DNA of 64,000 nucleotides from Paragordius varius. Lineage: Eukaryota; Animalia; Nematomorpha. The number at the start of each line of letters is the position of its first letter. The first letter of the stretch is position 1. The DNA lies in the NCBI GenBank assembly GCA_964247055.1, contig OZ176052.1:7936001-8000000 (forward strand). Direction: 5' to 3'. The notes under the pieces are model-generated. The model did no database searches. It was not told the DNA's origin and was given only the letters and a program-made list of their open reading frames with translations. Below are positions 13,859 to 52,886 of this stretch, piece by piece. The position numbers and the translations under genes were made by a program.

Positions 13859-16759
13859 AAAAATTTGCAAGTTTTTACCTATCAAAGAAATGACCTTTAA
13901 CTTTTTTTTATAAATTTACATATTATAAGAACAATTATCGGATAATTATATTAATAAATATAATTATATAATGTTTAAGCAAAAACATGAGGGTTAAGCC
14001 TTAATTAATTAATATGGTTTTAGACTTAAAATAATGGGTAATTGAAACTTGACAAAATGAAACTTTACGATAAATGATTTCGGAATACACTTTTTAACAA
14101 TCTTAAGAGGCAAAATAATATGACAGAATATCTTATATATTCCAATATATTGTTTTATAACGATTTTTTCTGGGTGGAAAAGTAAGAAATCGCAATATCG
14201 TGTTTGGCAATTCGTCAATATATATATTCCCCTATAAAAAATAGTTTTAGCACGCAATTTCCAATTAAACTTAATCCTATCTCCTAGTATTATGCAATAT
14301 TATATAATCTTCGTTTATTTTTTTACATATATTGATTTGATATTAAACAAATAATAGTGCCTAAAATAACATTTATCATTATGTTTCATTTACCATTTAC
14401 AATGACATATCCTAATGAATTGTTTTTCGTCTTTATTTGAAAAATGCTATTTAGTGCTTTTGAGAATAACGACAAACTTATGATGTCCGTTCCCCCTTTT
14501 TCCTGGTATTTTCGAAAACCAAAAGCGATACTTATACAAATTTACATGAGATGGGCACATGCTAGAGTTTCGATTTCCAATATATTTGATTTAAATTTTT
14601 AAATTTTCCAATCTTATCACCTACTTGTTAAAAACGTATTGATCCGACAGGTGTTTTTATATAATTAATGTAATTATTATGAATAAAGATTACCATTGGA
14701 TTCGGAATCATTCAAATTGTCTGATGTGACAATCTGATATTGATTGGTGTCGAATAATCCCTCTTGAAAAGATTTTGAAGTCAAGAATAAAAAAATTGAA
14801 ATTAAACAAAACCATTCAATACCTTCATGATTCATATCAATAAATTTAAATTTTCATGATAATGAAAAAATATTTATAAGATAAAAAATATGAAGGGATG
14901 GTTTATTTCTAAGAAAAATTAAGAGTGTAATATCATTACAAAAAAGAAAACAAATACATGCACACATGATAATGTAATATTATTATTAGATAAAAAGAAG
15001 ATACATAAAACGAAGCATATTTTTAGCCATACTACACATGTAAATGCCTTGAAGACAATTAATATTGTATTTTACGATAAAGTTTGTTTGAAATTAATTT
15101 TTAATATAGCCCAATGTCGGGGCAAATGTTATTTTTTAAATGCCATTTAAAATATATTCTTTAATAGAAAAGTGGAAACATATTGGTTTTTGCTCAACTT
15201 CAATGGGAGAAAATAGGCATATAAAATATCGTTTTCTTAAAACATAATATCTTTTTGCGAAGAAAAAATTGGCTCGGGTCTTGTTTTTCTTAGGTCAAAT
15301 GGTTCTGATTGGGGATTCATTTTCATAAAACAAGCCCAAATATTTTGATACAATGTTAGGAGGATATATAATATTTATATAACTTTAAACATCACAAAAT
15401 CTTATTTCTAATTTATCCGAAAATCTAAAATCATACTTTTATAATTAAAATAAAACAATATCAACAAACATGGCAAACATAACATAAAAATATTCTAAAA
15501 CAAAAAAAAACATTTTTAAAACAGTTCAAGAACCGTATTTTTGAAAGGTTTCTGGAATGATAATTATATTGTTTCGCCGAAACTCAAATCCCTGACAAAT
15601 GGAGTTTAATAGTGCCACAACGTATGGAATAATGGGAATTTATTTTTTCAACAACTTCACCAATTTGAGCGGTAGTCATTTTTTTATATCTCTTGCACCG
15701 TTTCCATATATATTTTTTCCAAAAAATATCATTGCCAAAAATAGTTGAGATCCAATTTGGTGTTTTAGCAAAATTTATTTTGTTTCAATTTCATTGTATT
15801 TTTAATCAAATGGCTCTGAATTAGTACCATTTTTTAAACTTCAGATATCCTCATTTTTTTAGAGAATATGAAAAATAGCCACTAAGTCCCAAAGATGGCA
15901 CTTATGAAAATTGAAAAAAATGTTATGATACAAATATAAAAAATATACTATTTTCAGTGTTTATTTTGGATAGCTAAAAAAGGGTACCGTTTTGGTTTCA
16001 TAAAAACAGTTTTTGTTTCTAGAATTTACCTCTGCCATTACTGGAATAATTTGAAACTTTAAATAAATTTAACCGTTTCTAGAATATGGAATTAAAAAAA
16101 ATCGATGAAATCACCTTTAAATGCTCATATTTATTTGTCTTAATAATCACATTTATATATGTAAAACTTAAAAATTTGTTGATATTATTCTTTCAGATGT
16201 ACTTTATGAGATTAGGAGTCAGAAGATGCAGAATGTTTTGATAGTGAGTGATTTAATTCCCCAAATTATTAATACTTACGAATTTTACTAAGGGTAGAAT
16301 CTTATTGGTAGTACAGTTTACAAGCTAAAACAGTCAATGCATAAACCTTGGTGAATGGTTTAAGTAACAGTATTTTTTTGGTAGTATCTAATTTTAACCA
16401 GAATACAAACAAACAGATATCATTATAGGTTACATGTAAAATGATTTTTTGGTTAGCGTTACGATTAAAAACGACATTTGTACAAAATCAAGGATAACCG
16501 CAAGAATCTGTTCTTTGAAATTTGTTTTATTCGGGATTCGTTAAACACCAATAATTTATGTAATATTATGTCTGTACCAATTCTTTAGTAAATATGGATT
16601 TTCAACCATACACACAATGTGCTAGAATAAACATATTATTTACGGGTGATGCGGTGTATCGTATGATAGTTGGATTTATTTACATACTTAATTTAAATGA
16701 GATAAAAAAATTTAAAATTTTAAGGCATATCTACAATTTTAAAGGAAAGAATAAAAGAG

Positions 16760-17310
16760 GATATTTCGAATTTTACACATCCTGATTGGTGGTTGTGTGT
16801 GTGTTGCTACAGTCGAGGTCGACTTTTTGCAATATTTTAAATAAAACTTCTCCATAAATTGCGGTTTGTAGTTTTAATGTTGAGTTGAGCCAAGGTTGCG
16901 TGAGTTTCTTGTTGAATATTGTCCACCCATCCTTCTTGGGCCCCTTTTACGTGTACCGCTAACTTTACCCAACATCAAGGACTTTTCCAGTGAATTAGAT
17001 CTCATAATATGGTCTAGTTTGGTGCGGATGGACATTCCGAGCAATGACATGTCGGGATTGATTTTATACAAAATTGCATTGTTAGTAATTTTATCCGTCC
17101 ATTTCATTTGTAAAATTTTTCTCCACATCCACATTTCAAAAGAGTTAATTATCCGTGTGTCGGATTTTTTTAAAGTCCAGCCTTATCCGTAGAGGGAAGT
17201 TGGAAAAACGATGGCGTTTGCAAGCCGAATTTTCGTTTTTAAGGCTGACATCATGGGATTCCCAGATTTTGTTATAATTATTTGCGGCCGTTTTGGCCAC
17301 GACTATCCTT
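16760..17310 (-). mobile_element. 3' fragment of an RTE-clade non-LTR retrotransposon (decayed)
   Basis: Minus-strand translation gives KIRLANAIVFPTSLYG*GWTLKKSDTRIINSFEMWMWRKILQMKWTDKITN...LEKSLMLGKVSGTRKRGPR, typical of RTE/BovB-like C-terminal regions, with stops and frameshifts. Confidence 0.8.
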
Positions 17311-17588
17311 CGTTTTATCTCTGGAGTACAATTATTAGCATCACAGAAAGGTTAAAAAATCTAACAAATTACAATGGTTTATGGTGATAAAGAGTCGTTT
17401 AAATATTTTCATTCAATGTTATCGCTAATTTTGGCTAATTCTAAAATTGCTTAAATAAAAAAATTAAATACCATGTTTAACTATTTACTGTGTTTAATTT
17501 TAAATACTTCATGGATGCAATCAATATATGCAAAATTCCAAACCGAGCTTAGCAATATAAAAATTAAAATATTAATATAAATAATTTA

Positions 17589-18366
17589 TTAAATATATAA
17601 TGTATCTTTTAATATTTTTTTGACAGTCCCAGTCATATTTTGGCAGATATTGGTATATATTATCTATATTTAAAATTATTTTATACTTTAAATAAATATG
17701 GTTGCACATGCGTATAATGCGTATCAAACACAGTATTAATATTGGCTTTAGGTGGAATCATGGGAGTATATGTACTCTCAATAATTTTCAAATTGACAAA
17801 TATAATAAGCTGGTTTATTTGTTCATTTATTTGTTCTCTCTGTTCGTCTATAAACCATTAAAATAAATTTACCCGAGATTGTTTCCAAAAGGTTCAATTT
17901 AAGATTCCATATTTCCCATGGAATAGATTCACTTGGAAATGGCCATCGAATTTGTTTTTTAAGATAAAACACTAATGATATCTACAATGGTAAAATAAAC
18001 TACTTCAGGGTGAATTAATTTATTAATGCTTATATGTTTAACAAAACTTTTGAGCTCTTTTTTTATAAAAACATCCAAATCATCAGATGCGCATCGGACC
18101 TTTAAAATACACTGTATAAATTTACGTAAGTTAAATCTAAAGTTTGGCAATCGACATCCGTAATTCCAACAGATCCAACACTATATTCATCTTCACCATA
18201 TGTAAACTATACTTAATGATTGAAATATACTTTCCCTGTAGTTCTATGAAATAAAATGGTGTGAAATATTGCTTAAGTTATAATTAATAATGATTATACC
18301 AGATAAAGCTTCTTCAATTTGTTCATAAACGAGATCAATTTTTAAAAGGTGATTATTTGCATTCAT
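17589..18366 (-). CDS. ATG101: Autophagy-related protein 101 (HORMA domain), 7 exons, 209 aa
   Basis: Exons 18366-18300, 18271-18231, 18206-18126, 18099-18004, 17981-17873, 17847-17687, 17663-17589 (630 nt). Protein MNANNHLLKIDLVYEQIEEALSAIFHTILFHRTTGKFTYGEDEYSVGSVGITDVDCQTLDLTYVRCASDDL...ISLVFYLKKQIRWPFPSESIPWEIW...VFDTHYTHVQPYLFKII...KKILKDTLYI. It is colinear with recalled ATG101 (HTxLxHRSTGKF, DVDC, TYVR, RWPF, IPWEVW, VFDT, VQPYL, KDTL). Confidence 0.95.
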
Positions 18367-18391
18367 AAGTTAAGTCATTTGTATCGACCAC

Positions 18392-30406
<12,015 letters not shown>

Positions 30407-31549
30407 AATGACGATGTTATTGCAATTTGAATTTATTTAAATAAATATTGCAACCACTTTTTTATATATAACCTTATTTAAATTATATATTTATTGAATT
30501 CAAATTAGGTTGTTTTCTTTACAGTGTTATAATATAATTTTAATATAAAACATCAGCTATGTTTATCTCCAAATTTTTTTAATTAAACCATTTTCTCCCT
30601 TATTATTTGTAACAGGATAAACTTAGGATAATAAAGGCTTTGTTAGGCTTAGTGCAAAATTGTACAAATGACCTTTAATTGTATATATATAATTTGATGT
30701 AAAAATCGCTTAAAGACTATATATTATATAATTTGATATTGAGATATCATGAAAAATATTTTACATCCATAAATTATTGACAAGATATTGGAAAACTTGA
30801 TTTTAGATGTTCCATGCATTAAATATTAATTTTTATATTATCTTTGACTGGAAAATCGCTTGACCAATACTTTGATTTTTATTGATTTTATACAGCCGCG
30901 TAGCTCATGATAACATTTTATTTAAATTCATATGTTTTGCACCATTTTTAATAAATAATGATTGTAAGCTGCGATACACATCGAGAATCTTTCGCGGTTC
31001 ACACAACCTTGTGTGCACCACCTCCACCCCAAAGGTTTATGAATATGGGGAAGATAAAAGTACTTAACTAAACCAAACACTAAATTTGGAATATGCCTAA
31101 ATTTTAATTACAACACACCAAAACGATTAATGTACATAATTTTCATATAGAAATCAGTTTAGCATTTGTATGATCAATAAAGTAGAATATGCTTTTTGAT
31201 GGTGTTGTCAACTAACACATAGGTAAAGCGGTATTGGCTCACTATATTTTCGTGTTTTATACTTAGGGTTTTTCGTATATTCGAAATAAATTTTAACGTA
31301 TAGGTCAAATTTTTAATCATGGTTTAATCCAAATATTGCTAATGTAATCAAACCGTTTCCATACTGAACCCAACTTGAAGAGCGTTTCGCTGGTATGACA
31401 ACTTTATTTAATGAAAAACCAGAAAATATTTTTTAACAATGATAATAAAAATAATGGATATCATATTAATTTTAAACGTTTTCGTTATTGTTCCACTGAT
31501 GCTTGGGGTAACACAGTTTTGAAAAGTAAAATAAAGTATGTGTGATAGC

Positions 31550-32283
31550 TAGGGTTGTGCTGACAAGTCATAATCCGGTCAGTGACTATTTATTTTTTGA
31601 CCTTGGTCATTTTAAAAACACATGTTTTTTGAAAAATTGCTGGTAAATTTTTTTGGAAGAGCAATAGTAAGATTTTATTGTTTTTTAAGATATTTTTTTA
31701 AAATATATGCTCATTTAACTATAAAGACATGTAAGTATTGCTATTTTTATTTCTACTTTTTTAAGAGCCACTATTGCTTTAGCCTATCTAATAAAAATAA
31801 CAGCAGCGGCATTCTTGTTAATACCAATTATGTGTGGGTGTTAATCCTGCTTTCACTAGGCATCGTTATAACATTAGCATTTAAGCATATCCAGTTATTT
31901 TGTAAAACCTAACAATCAAGCACTTTGCAATATATGCAATTATTCCATATATGTCAACCAATAAAATGAAAAAAAAACATTTTATAATTGGATTTTACAA
32001 TGATGAAAGAAAGTTTAAAACAAACTAGGTTTCATTTGAAATATCCAGTATTAAAAGTATTTGAAGATTCAGAAGGCCACAAATAATTAAATTTGAAATA
32101 TAAAAAAATATATATAAACTTTTTTTTAAAAAATGACATTATTAGTGAAACGCAAGTGTCGCACGAACATTATTTTCACAATCCAATATCGCATGATATT
32201 TAATTAAGTAAAAGTGGTCATGACCATGGTCTGACTGGGTCTCACCGGACTTTTTTGAAAAAGCAGTCAAAAGCACAACCCTA
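31550..32283. mobile_element. hAT-type MITE with 8-bp target-site duplication
   Basis: TIRs TAGGGTTGTGCT / AGCACAACCCTA, flanked by a perfect GTGATAGC duplication (31542-31549 and 32284-32291). Confidence 0.85.
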
Positions 32284-33585
32284 GTGATAGCGCTGGTTCA
32301 AACATTCATAGACGCAGTAAAATATTTAAATTCTTTTCCGAGACATAAAAAAAATTTCCATGCCAGAAAATACTTCAAGGGCTACGGTTCGAGTGCGGGA
32401 TAGGGGATAAATGTACCATATATAACCAAGAAAGCTTTCTGCCTTGCCATGATTGACAGCGTTGATTGAAAATTAAGCACTCTCTGGTATTTTATTTCAC
32501 TCAGTGCACATATGAGTCTGACGCGTCTTTCTAATATCCATCCTTTTTTGCATATATTTTAAATATTTTCATTGCACGATATATATTTAATGGCTTTCTT
32601 AAATCTTACAACCTTTAGGATATGCAGGAAAAAATATTTTCCGATAGATAAAATAGTATTCTAATGGCACTTTTTGTTTTGGGCTGTACGAGTAATATAA
32701 AGTCATTACCTCTTTTATTATGACTCTTTGAGATAAGAATAGGAAAAGCTCACATTTTTCTTTATGTGCTAACCTCTTCTTTCCAAAAACAACCACTTTC
32801 AATATTTTAAACTATGTATAAAAAAAGCAAAAAAAATATTTAAACCATTTTTAGATAAGGGCTCCGAAAGTTGCAAACTTTTGGACCATTTAAAATGGGA
32901 GCGACTTTTCTGGTATTCTAAAACGTGTGGAAACAAAAAGACTTTAAGAAAGTTTTTATACCTTTCCATCATAAAAAATATCATCACCCTCGCTTCATCA
33001 AAAATCTGCAATTAAATTTATAAGCTAAATATCCATTTTTTGGAACTTTTATTTATGTCAAAATATAGCATAGATATTTAATATTTTTATCGCGCAATCT
33101 TGACATATTTTAAAGAATACTTGCCCAATTTAGACATGTTCGAAAATTTTATTTTAAGCGCACATTCAATATTTTTTAGTAATATTTTTTGGATTAAACA
33201 TTTGGTTTTCACCGAAAAATGGTGATTTAGAAAATGTCCACGTTTGCCATTTTATGATCTGGAGCAGTGACCAAAGTGGTAATACCTTTATACTCGTAAG
33301 GCTTAAAAGTACCATGATAATTTTAATAATTTTGAGACATTTTTTATCAGAATAAATGATTATATCAGATTTTTTATAACCTTTTTCTGCTCTGCATACT
33401 TTAACAGTATTCATGAATTCCATAAAATCTTTATTTTCTTGTATGACACTTTGTCAGTTTGTAGTTTTGATTAAAACTGAACACTAAATTAATTTTCACA
33501 CAGGTTTTTGTGAATGTAGTTCATAACACATTTTTTATTACGTAACCGCATGGTAATAAAATTTAAAATTTAGGATCAGGATAAC

Positions 33586-48069
<14,484 letters not shown>

Positions 48070-48779
48070 ATATTTTTACGACACATTAGCTTTTGTTCAC
48101 CATTTATCCAAAAAAATGCATAAATTTTTTTTTATAACAAAAATGCAATAAATGTGAGTGATCCAAATTTATAATTCGTTTTTAGATTATTGTACAAAAT
48201 GTATCATCGTATGACATTCTTCAAATGGAAGATTGCGTGTAGTAAAAAATGATTATACTCAAATACTCACTAATATTTTGTTCTTGATAAAAAAATTAAT
48301 TAAAAAAGAAAAAATAGAATTTTTGGAATAATTTCCAGAAATATGATAGATTTTTTCGATTTAATAGAATTATAATTCATTTTAAATATTTGACAATCAG
48401 ATGTACATAAACCTTTTGTTGTATTCATATGCTAATAATTTTTTAATATCGAAGTAAAAAATTTATTTATATTTTTTACCACCATGTATATGAAAAAGGT
48501 AATTATGGAAAATAATTAAGTATCAATCCAAACATTTATTTTTTGAAGGAGTTTTACATTCGTAATAATAACATTTAATTTTTGGCATATATATTGTAGT
48601 AAAGTAAATAAATATTAAATCAACCCAACGTGCCCCATATTATTATAATTTTTTACTGTCAATTTTGTTTAAAACATTTTTGTTTAGTAATGATTACTTT
48701 TGTAAGAATATTTTATTATATTCGGATAAGTTTGTTAATAATAAGACTAAATTTCACCCTTTAGAAATAAAATAATAGT

Positions 48780-49250
48780 TTCTTTAACTTGACTCCCATG
48801 TCATTTCCTTTAATTCTTTAATACAATTCCCAAACCCTTTAACATAGTCGAGCCATGTTGACATGAGTCTTATCTTTTTTCTTTTTGTGTTTCGACTTGT
48901 TCAACAATTAAATCTTGTTCTAGAGATGCCATTCTAAAAATATATTATATAAATTATTGCTTTTAAAGTATATTTACTAGGATGTTACGGTCAGTATTCA
49001 AATCTTTATTTTCCAGTTTTTAAAAAGCATAATAACTCTAATGTTAAAACTAAAATGTTCTCATCTGTCATGCAGGCTAAATTTTAGCAAAAATTATCCA
49101 AGATAGGGTACATGAAGTGATAGCCAGAGTGATTCCAGATGTTCAAGCAGGATTTCAGAAATAGAGAACAAAAAATTCCATCTTTAATGTTAAATGTATA
49201 ATCGAAACCTGAAAGAATATTATCAATTGGAGTTATATATATGTTATCTA
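48780..49250. mobile_element. Two short RTE-like LINE remnants in opposite orientations
   Basis: Plus strand 49040-49250 gives ILAKIIQDRVHEVIARVIPDVQAGFQK...IFNVKCIIE...ELYICYL (RT N-terminal part). Minus strand 48780-48960 gives LEQDLIVEQVET...WLDYVK (3' end-like). Confidence 0.6.
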
Positions 49251-50243
49251 GGGTGTATATGATTGGTAAAATTAGGGTCAATATAAATATATAAAATAAT
49301 TAAGGTGTTCATAACTTTAATATGTTGAATTTATATTCTACTAAATGAATTCCATCATTATCACATCCTGCCCCACACTTATCAATTAATTACTTAATAT
49401 AGTTTGGATATAGTTATAATTAATAAATATTCTGATTTATAATTTATTTTAGAGGTGTATATTACAATTTTAGGATGAAATCATCAATGATTTTTTAAAT
49501 TTAAATCCTCTTGTTAGTATTTTTATAATTTGTTAAAATATTTCGTTTATAGAATTGTTCCATTAATTGCACCTAAATTATGCGAAAAACAAATATCATA
49601 TATTAATATTATATTTATTAAAATATTTTTTTATTATTAAAATAATTTTATATTATAAAAATAATTATGTATCATTTACATAAATTATAATGGTTGTGTT
49701 TGCATTGTAACTCACAATAGTATAATAAGAATGATATATTTAATTATGAATATTATGTTTGTGGCTTTATTATCACATGTTTGCCTGAGGCTAAAAACAG
49801 GTCCTTTGGGAAAATGTATTGGGATCACAGAATTTCACAATAAATTTTTTGGATGGTTTTGTTTTTTATTGAAACAGCTTTAAAAACGTCTCAAACTGTA
49901 TTGCTGATCTCCAAAGACAGTAATTGATGAGGAACATTCATAGTATGTTTAACCTAAAAGACTAAAACTATTAATCAATGAAGAAAGTGGCTCGCTTTAA
50001 CTTTTATATATAATTTTGCCAATGATCCCTTTTCTGTCAAAAATATATCGTTTCGTGTGCAACAAACATATCGATAATGACATTATTACATTGTATGGTT
50101 AAAATAGCAAAATTATAAAGCCTATTATCGATTGATCTGTTTTCATAGATAATGAAATACAAAAAACAATATATAAAAAAACAAATAGTATGTTACTAAA
50201 AATTTATGATAAATAAACATTTTCGAATCCTAAAAAATTGAAA

Positions 50244-52088
50244 CTAGGTGGGAGGTTTGCGCCTAAACAAACTCACAAACTCTCGGCGAAACCCTTTGTT
50301 CATGAATGTGTAAATCAAAAAATTGGTCGGATTACTGAGTATGACAAGAAAATTACGTGTCACCATAATATAATTCCAATTATCTCGGCTCATAAAATTG
50401 GGACACATTTGAAACACAATACATATAAGGTATAGGAGCATGAGTATCATTACAGGAAGTTGTGTTATCAAAAATGCGGATATTACTATGATTAGAAGTC
50501 GTGTAGACTTTGTCAAGTTATCACATTTTTTAATTTTTTTTGTTAAACGTTTTTTAACAGTGTTTGTAATTCTTTTAATGTTTATCGGAGTTATCTCTTC
50601 ATGTGTCGAATTGTTCCTGTTTTTTGTATTATTTTGATACCTTTTATTCGACGTAAAAATACTATGACCTAAATCTGCGCCTTTTTTAAAACAACGATCT
50701 GGTTTGAATCTCGGTTGATATTTTGAAAGTGTTGATGCTGATAATTTGATGATGCTTCCTTTGACAGGCTTTTGAATGTGGTGACTGTTTGCTTTTGATT
50801 TAGGGGGGAATTGATTCTTAGTGTTAATTATTTGATAATCACATGCAATCGCGTTGATTGTGTTCACATTATCAGACGATTTATTTATCACACCATTCTT
50901 GTTATTATAATTCATATTTAGCGTTTTATTTGCACTCAAAACGTCTAAATATGATTCAGCAGAAAAAGAATTTGGTGTTAAAAAATTATCATGAATGTTG
51001 TTAGCATTTTTATCAGGATCACATGTACTTGTTGTCAGGCTTACATTAGATGGTGACGGTTCCAACGGTATAAGTAAAAAATGAGGATTTTTCGCTGTGT
51101 TTGAAGCCTCCTTACTCCTGGTTGAAAATGAGAAGGTGTTTGATTCACTCCGATTCTGACTGCGTCGTATATCGGATGCCTTAGTTTCACCCTTAACCTT
51201 TATAGCATTCAAGACTTTCAAGTTTCGGTGACCTTCTTTAAGCGCTTTAATCAAAAAATAATTACAAAGGAGCATTGTAAATGTGGGAATGACATCGACC
51301 AACAGTGTGCGAGCCATGAAACGCCCCTTCAGATAAATGACAAAATTATTTTCTAACCATTCTTGATTCACTTTAGGACATTGGGATATGGGGATAAAAT
51401 TTGTTTGATTAACATGCTTAATATATCTTGGCTGCAAATGATTAGATGAACCGTACAAGTTAGACTTATTTCTGGAAGGTAATACATCAGAGACTAATTT
51501 ATTCTCAAATAGAACTCCAGATTGAATGAATAAACTAAAGGTAAACAAGAAACAGAGAACAGTCAGGGTGGTAGATCTTGCCTCACACTTTATCCCATAT
51601 TTTTGTAAATAAAATCCAGAAAACCTTTGGACAGCCAAATAAGCTGTTGAAAACACTGTCATGGTGTGAAAAACAGTGGGTATCCAAAGCACCAAATACA
51701 TATACATATAGCATACAGTTATATTTAGTGACACTTGGTTATAAGCCCGCGCCCAAAAATAATACGTATACCATGGTAATAGGGCACCCGCTATAACTGT
51801 GGAGCAAGCTGCTAATGCAACTAAAATATATTCCGTCGATTTAAGTTTAAATAAACTTTTTCCTCTAACGAATATGGCTATGATTGTGGAATTTGCGAAT
51901 AGGGTAAAAAATAATATACATGGCCCAATACATCCGTAAAGTATGAAATCTAAAAAGAAGGCATTGAAATAACGATATCTTATGAGGTATACTGGAATGA
52001 TTATTAGTTTTGACGTATGGTATATGATAGATTTTGTCGTAACATAATGATCATCATTATCAGTTAAATTTGATACATTATTAAACAT
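50244..52088 (-). CDS. Class A neuropeptide GPCR, sex peptide/myoinhibitory peptide (MIP) receptor-like, single exon, 614 aa
   Basis: Seven hydrophobic segments. TM3 FHTMTVFSTAYLAVQRF resembles the recalled SPR-type LAVQRY. Also TM5 RTLLVDVIP...NYFL, TM6 STRLLIIVISAFLITQLP and TM7 SNPTNFLIYTFMNKGFRREF. Family assignment is from recalled motifs only. Confidence 0.8.
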   Translation of the reverse strand: MFNNVSNLTDNDDHYVTTKSIIYHTSKLIIIPVYLIRYRYFNAFFLDFILYGCIGPCILFFTLFANSTIIAIFVRGKSLFKLKSTEYILVALAACSTVIAGALLPWYTYYFWARAYNQVSLNITVCYMYMYLVLWIPTVFHTMTVFSTAYLAVQRFSGFYLQKYGIKCEARSTTLTVLCFLFTFSLFIQSGVLFENKLVSDVLPSRNKSNLYGSSNHLQPRYIKHVNQTNFIPISQCPKVNQEWLENNFVIYLKGRFMARTLLVDVIPTFTMLLCNYFLIKALKEGHRNLKVLNAIKVKGETKASDIRRSQNRSESNTFSFSTRSKEASNTAKNPHFLLIPLEPSPSNVSLTTSTCDPDKNANNIHDNFLTPNSFSAESYLDVLSANKTLNMNYNNKNGVINKSSDNVNTINAIACDYQIINTKNQFPPKSKANSHHIQKPVKGSIIKLSASTLSKYQPRFKPDRCFKKGADLGHSIFTSNKRYQNNTKNRNNSTHEEITPINIKRITNTVKKRLTKKIKKCDNLTKSTRLLIIVISAFLITQLPVMILMLLYLICIVFQMCPNFMSRDNWNYIMVTRNFLVILSNPTNFLIYTFMNKGFRREFVSLFRRKPPT

Positions 52089-52841
52089 AATTAGATAATT
52101 CGAATGTTGCGCATAAATTTATTAAGGTTAAAGCTTCAAAAATATGAATTAATATAATATTATAACTTTTAATAATCTTTCCTAAAATTTAATAATTATG
52201 AAAGTGTCTGATATATTGGGAAGAAGTAGATTACGGCATCTAATTAATGAATATTTTTATCATTTTAAATAAATTATGGAATTTAAGGAAATCGGAGGAT
52301 AGGATAGTTAATTAATGTATTTTAATTTTCAATACTAAGAATATAAGATTATAGTGTTGAGTTAAAAATAAAATTAACGTTTTTTTTCTGAAATCAATAT
52401 GAAAGGGGGGATTAATTAAATCAGAGTATTCATTATTATTTTTTCAAAAAAATTAAAAAAAATATTAGACCTAATCTTTAAGATGGATAAAAAAATCTTT
52501 GATGATAATTGTATTAAAAGAGAATTTTTATCTAGTTAATCTTTGAAACAAACGATGAGATGATTTGTCATAATTTGTCTATTTAACAAAACAAAAATCA
52601 TAACAGAATCAAATTATATTACGGGGAAATCCACCAACAAATCTTTTATCATTAGCGTCAATTTTTGTTAATGCGTGTGCAAAAGTAAAAAAAATCTTTT
52701 ATCAATAGCGAATAATTATTTTGAAATATTAATTTCTAGGGAGAGACGAACGGGAAGAAATATTTTGTAGTATGTCATGAGAGATTTTAAAAAGAAATTT
52801 TATTATAATTGAAATATGTAATCATCTTATTTTATTCCACT

Positions 52842-52845
<4 letters not shown>

Positions 52846-52882
<37 letters not shown>
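52846..52882. repeat. (TA)n microsatellite
   Basis: Pure TA run. Similar runs occur near 9295, 29911, 39706, 41343, 41446 and 58990. Confidence 0.9.

Positions 52883-52886
<4 letters not shown>

Noticed and set aside
14640-16760. Short open frames and a 22-nt GT-AG-like segment near 16621-16642 suggesting another micro-intron gene
   Set aside because: I could not assemble a stop-free, recognisable protein on either strand. GT-AG pairs of this size occur by chance in AT-rich DNA.
30407-33573. Hidden exon or nested gene between the GluRS and ProRS halves (ORFs 30882-31067, 31622-31912, 32599-33423)
   Set aside because: No WHEP-like or other recognisable coding was found. Several ORFs fall in MITEs or low-complexity AT-rich sequence.
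50440-51796. Plus-strand ORFs 50238-50435, 50440-50637 and 51578-51796
   Set aside because: Antisense shadows of the GPCR coding sequence.
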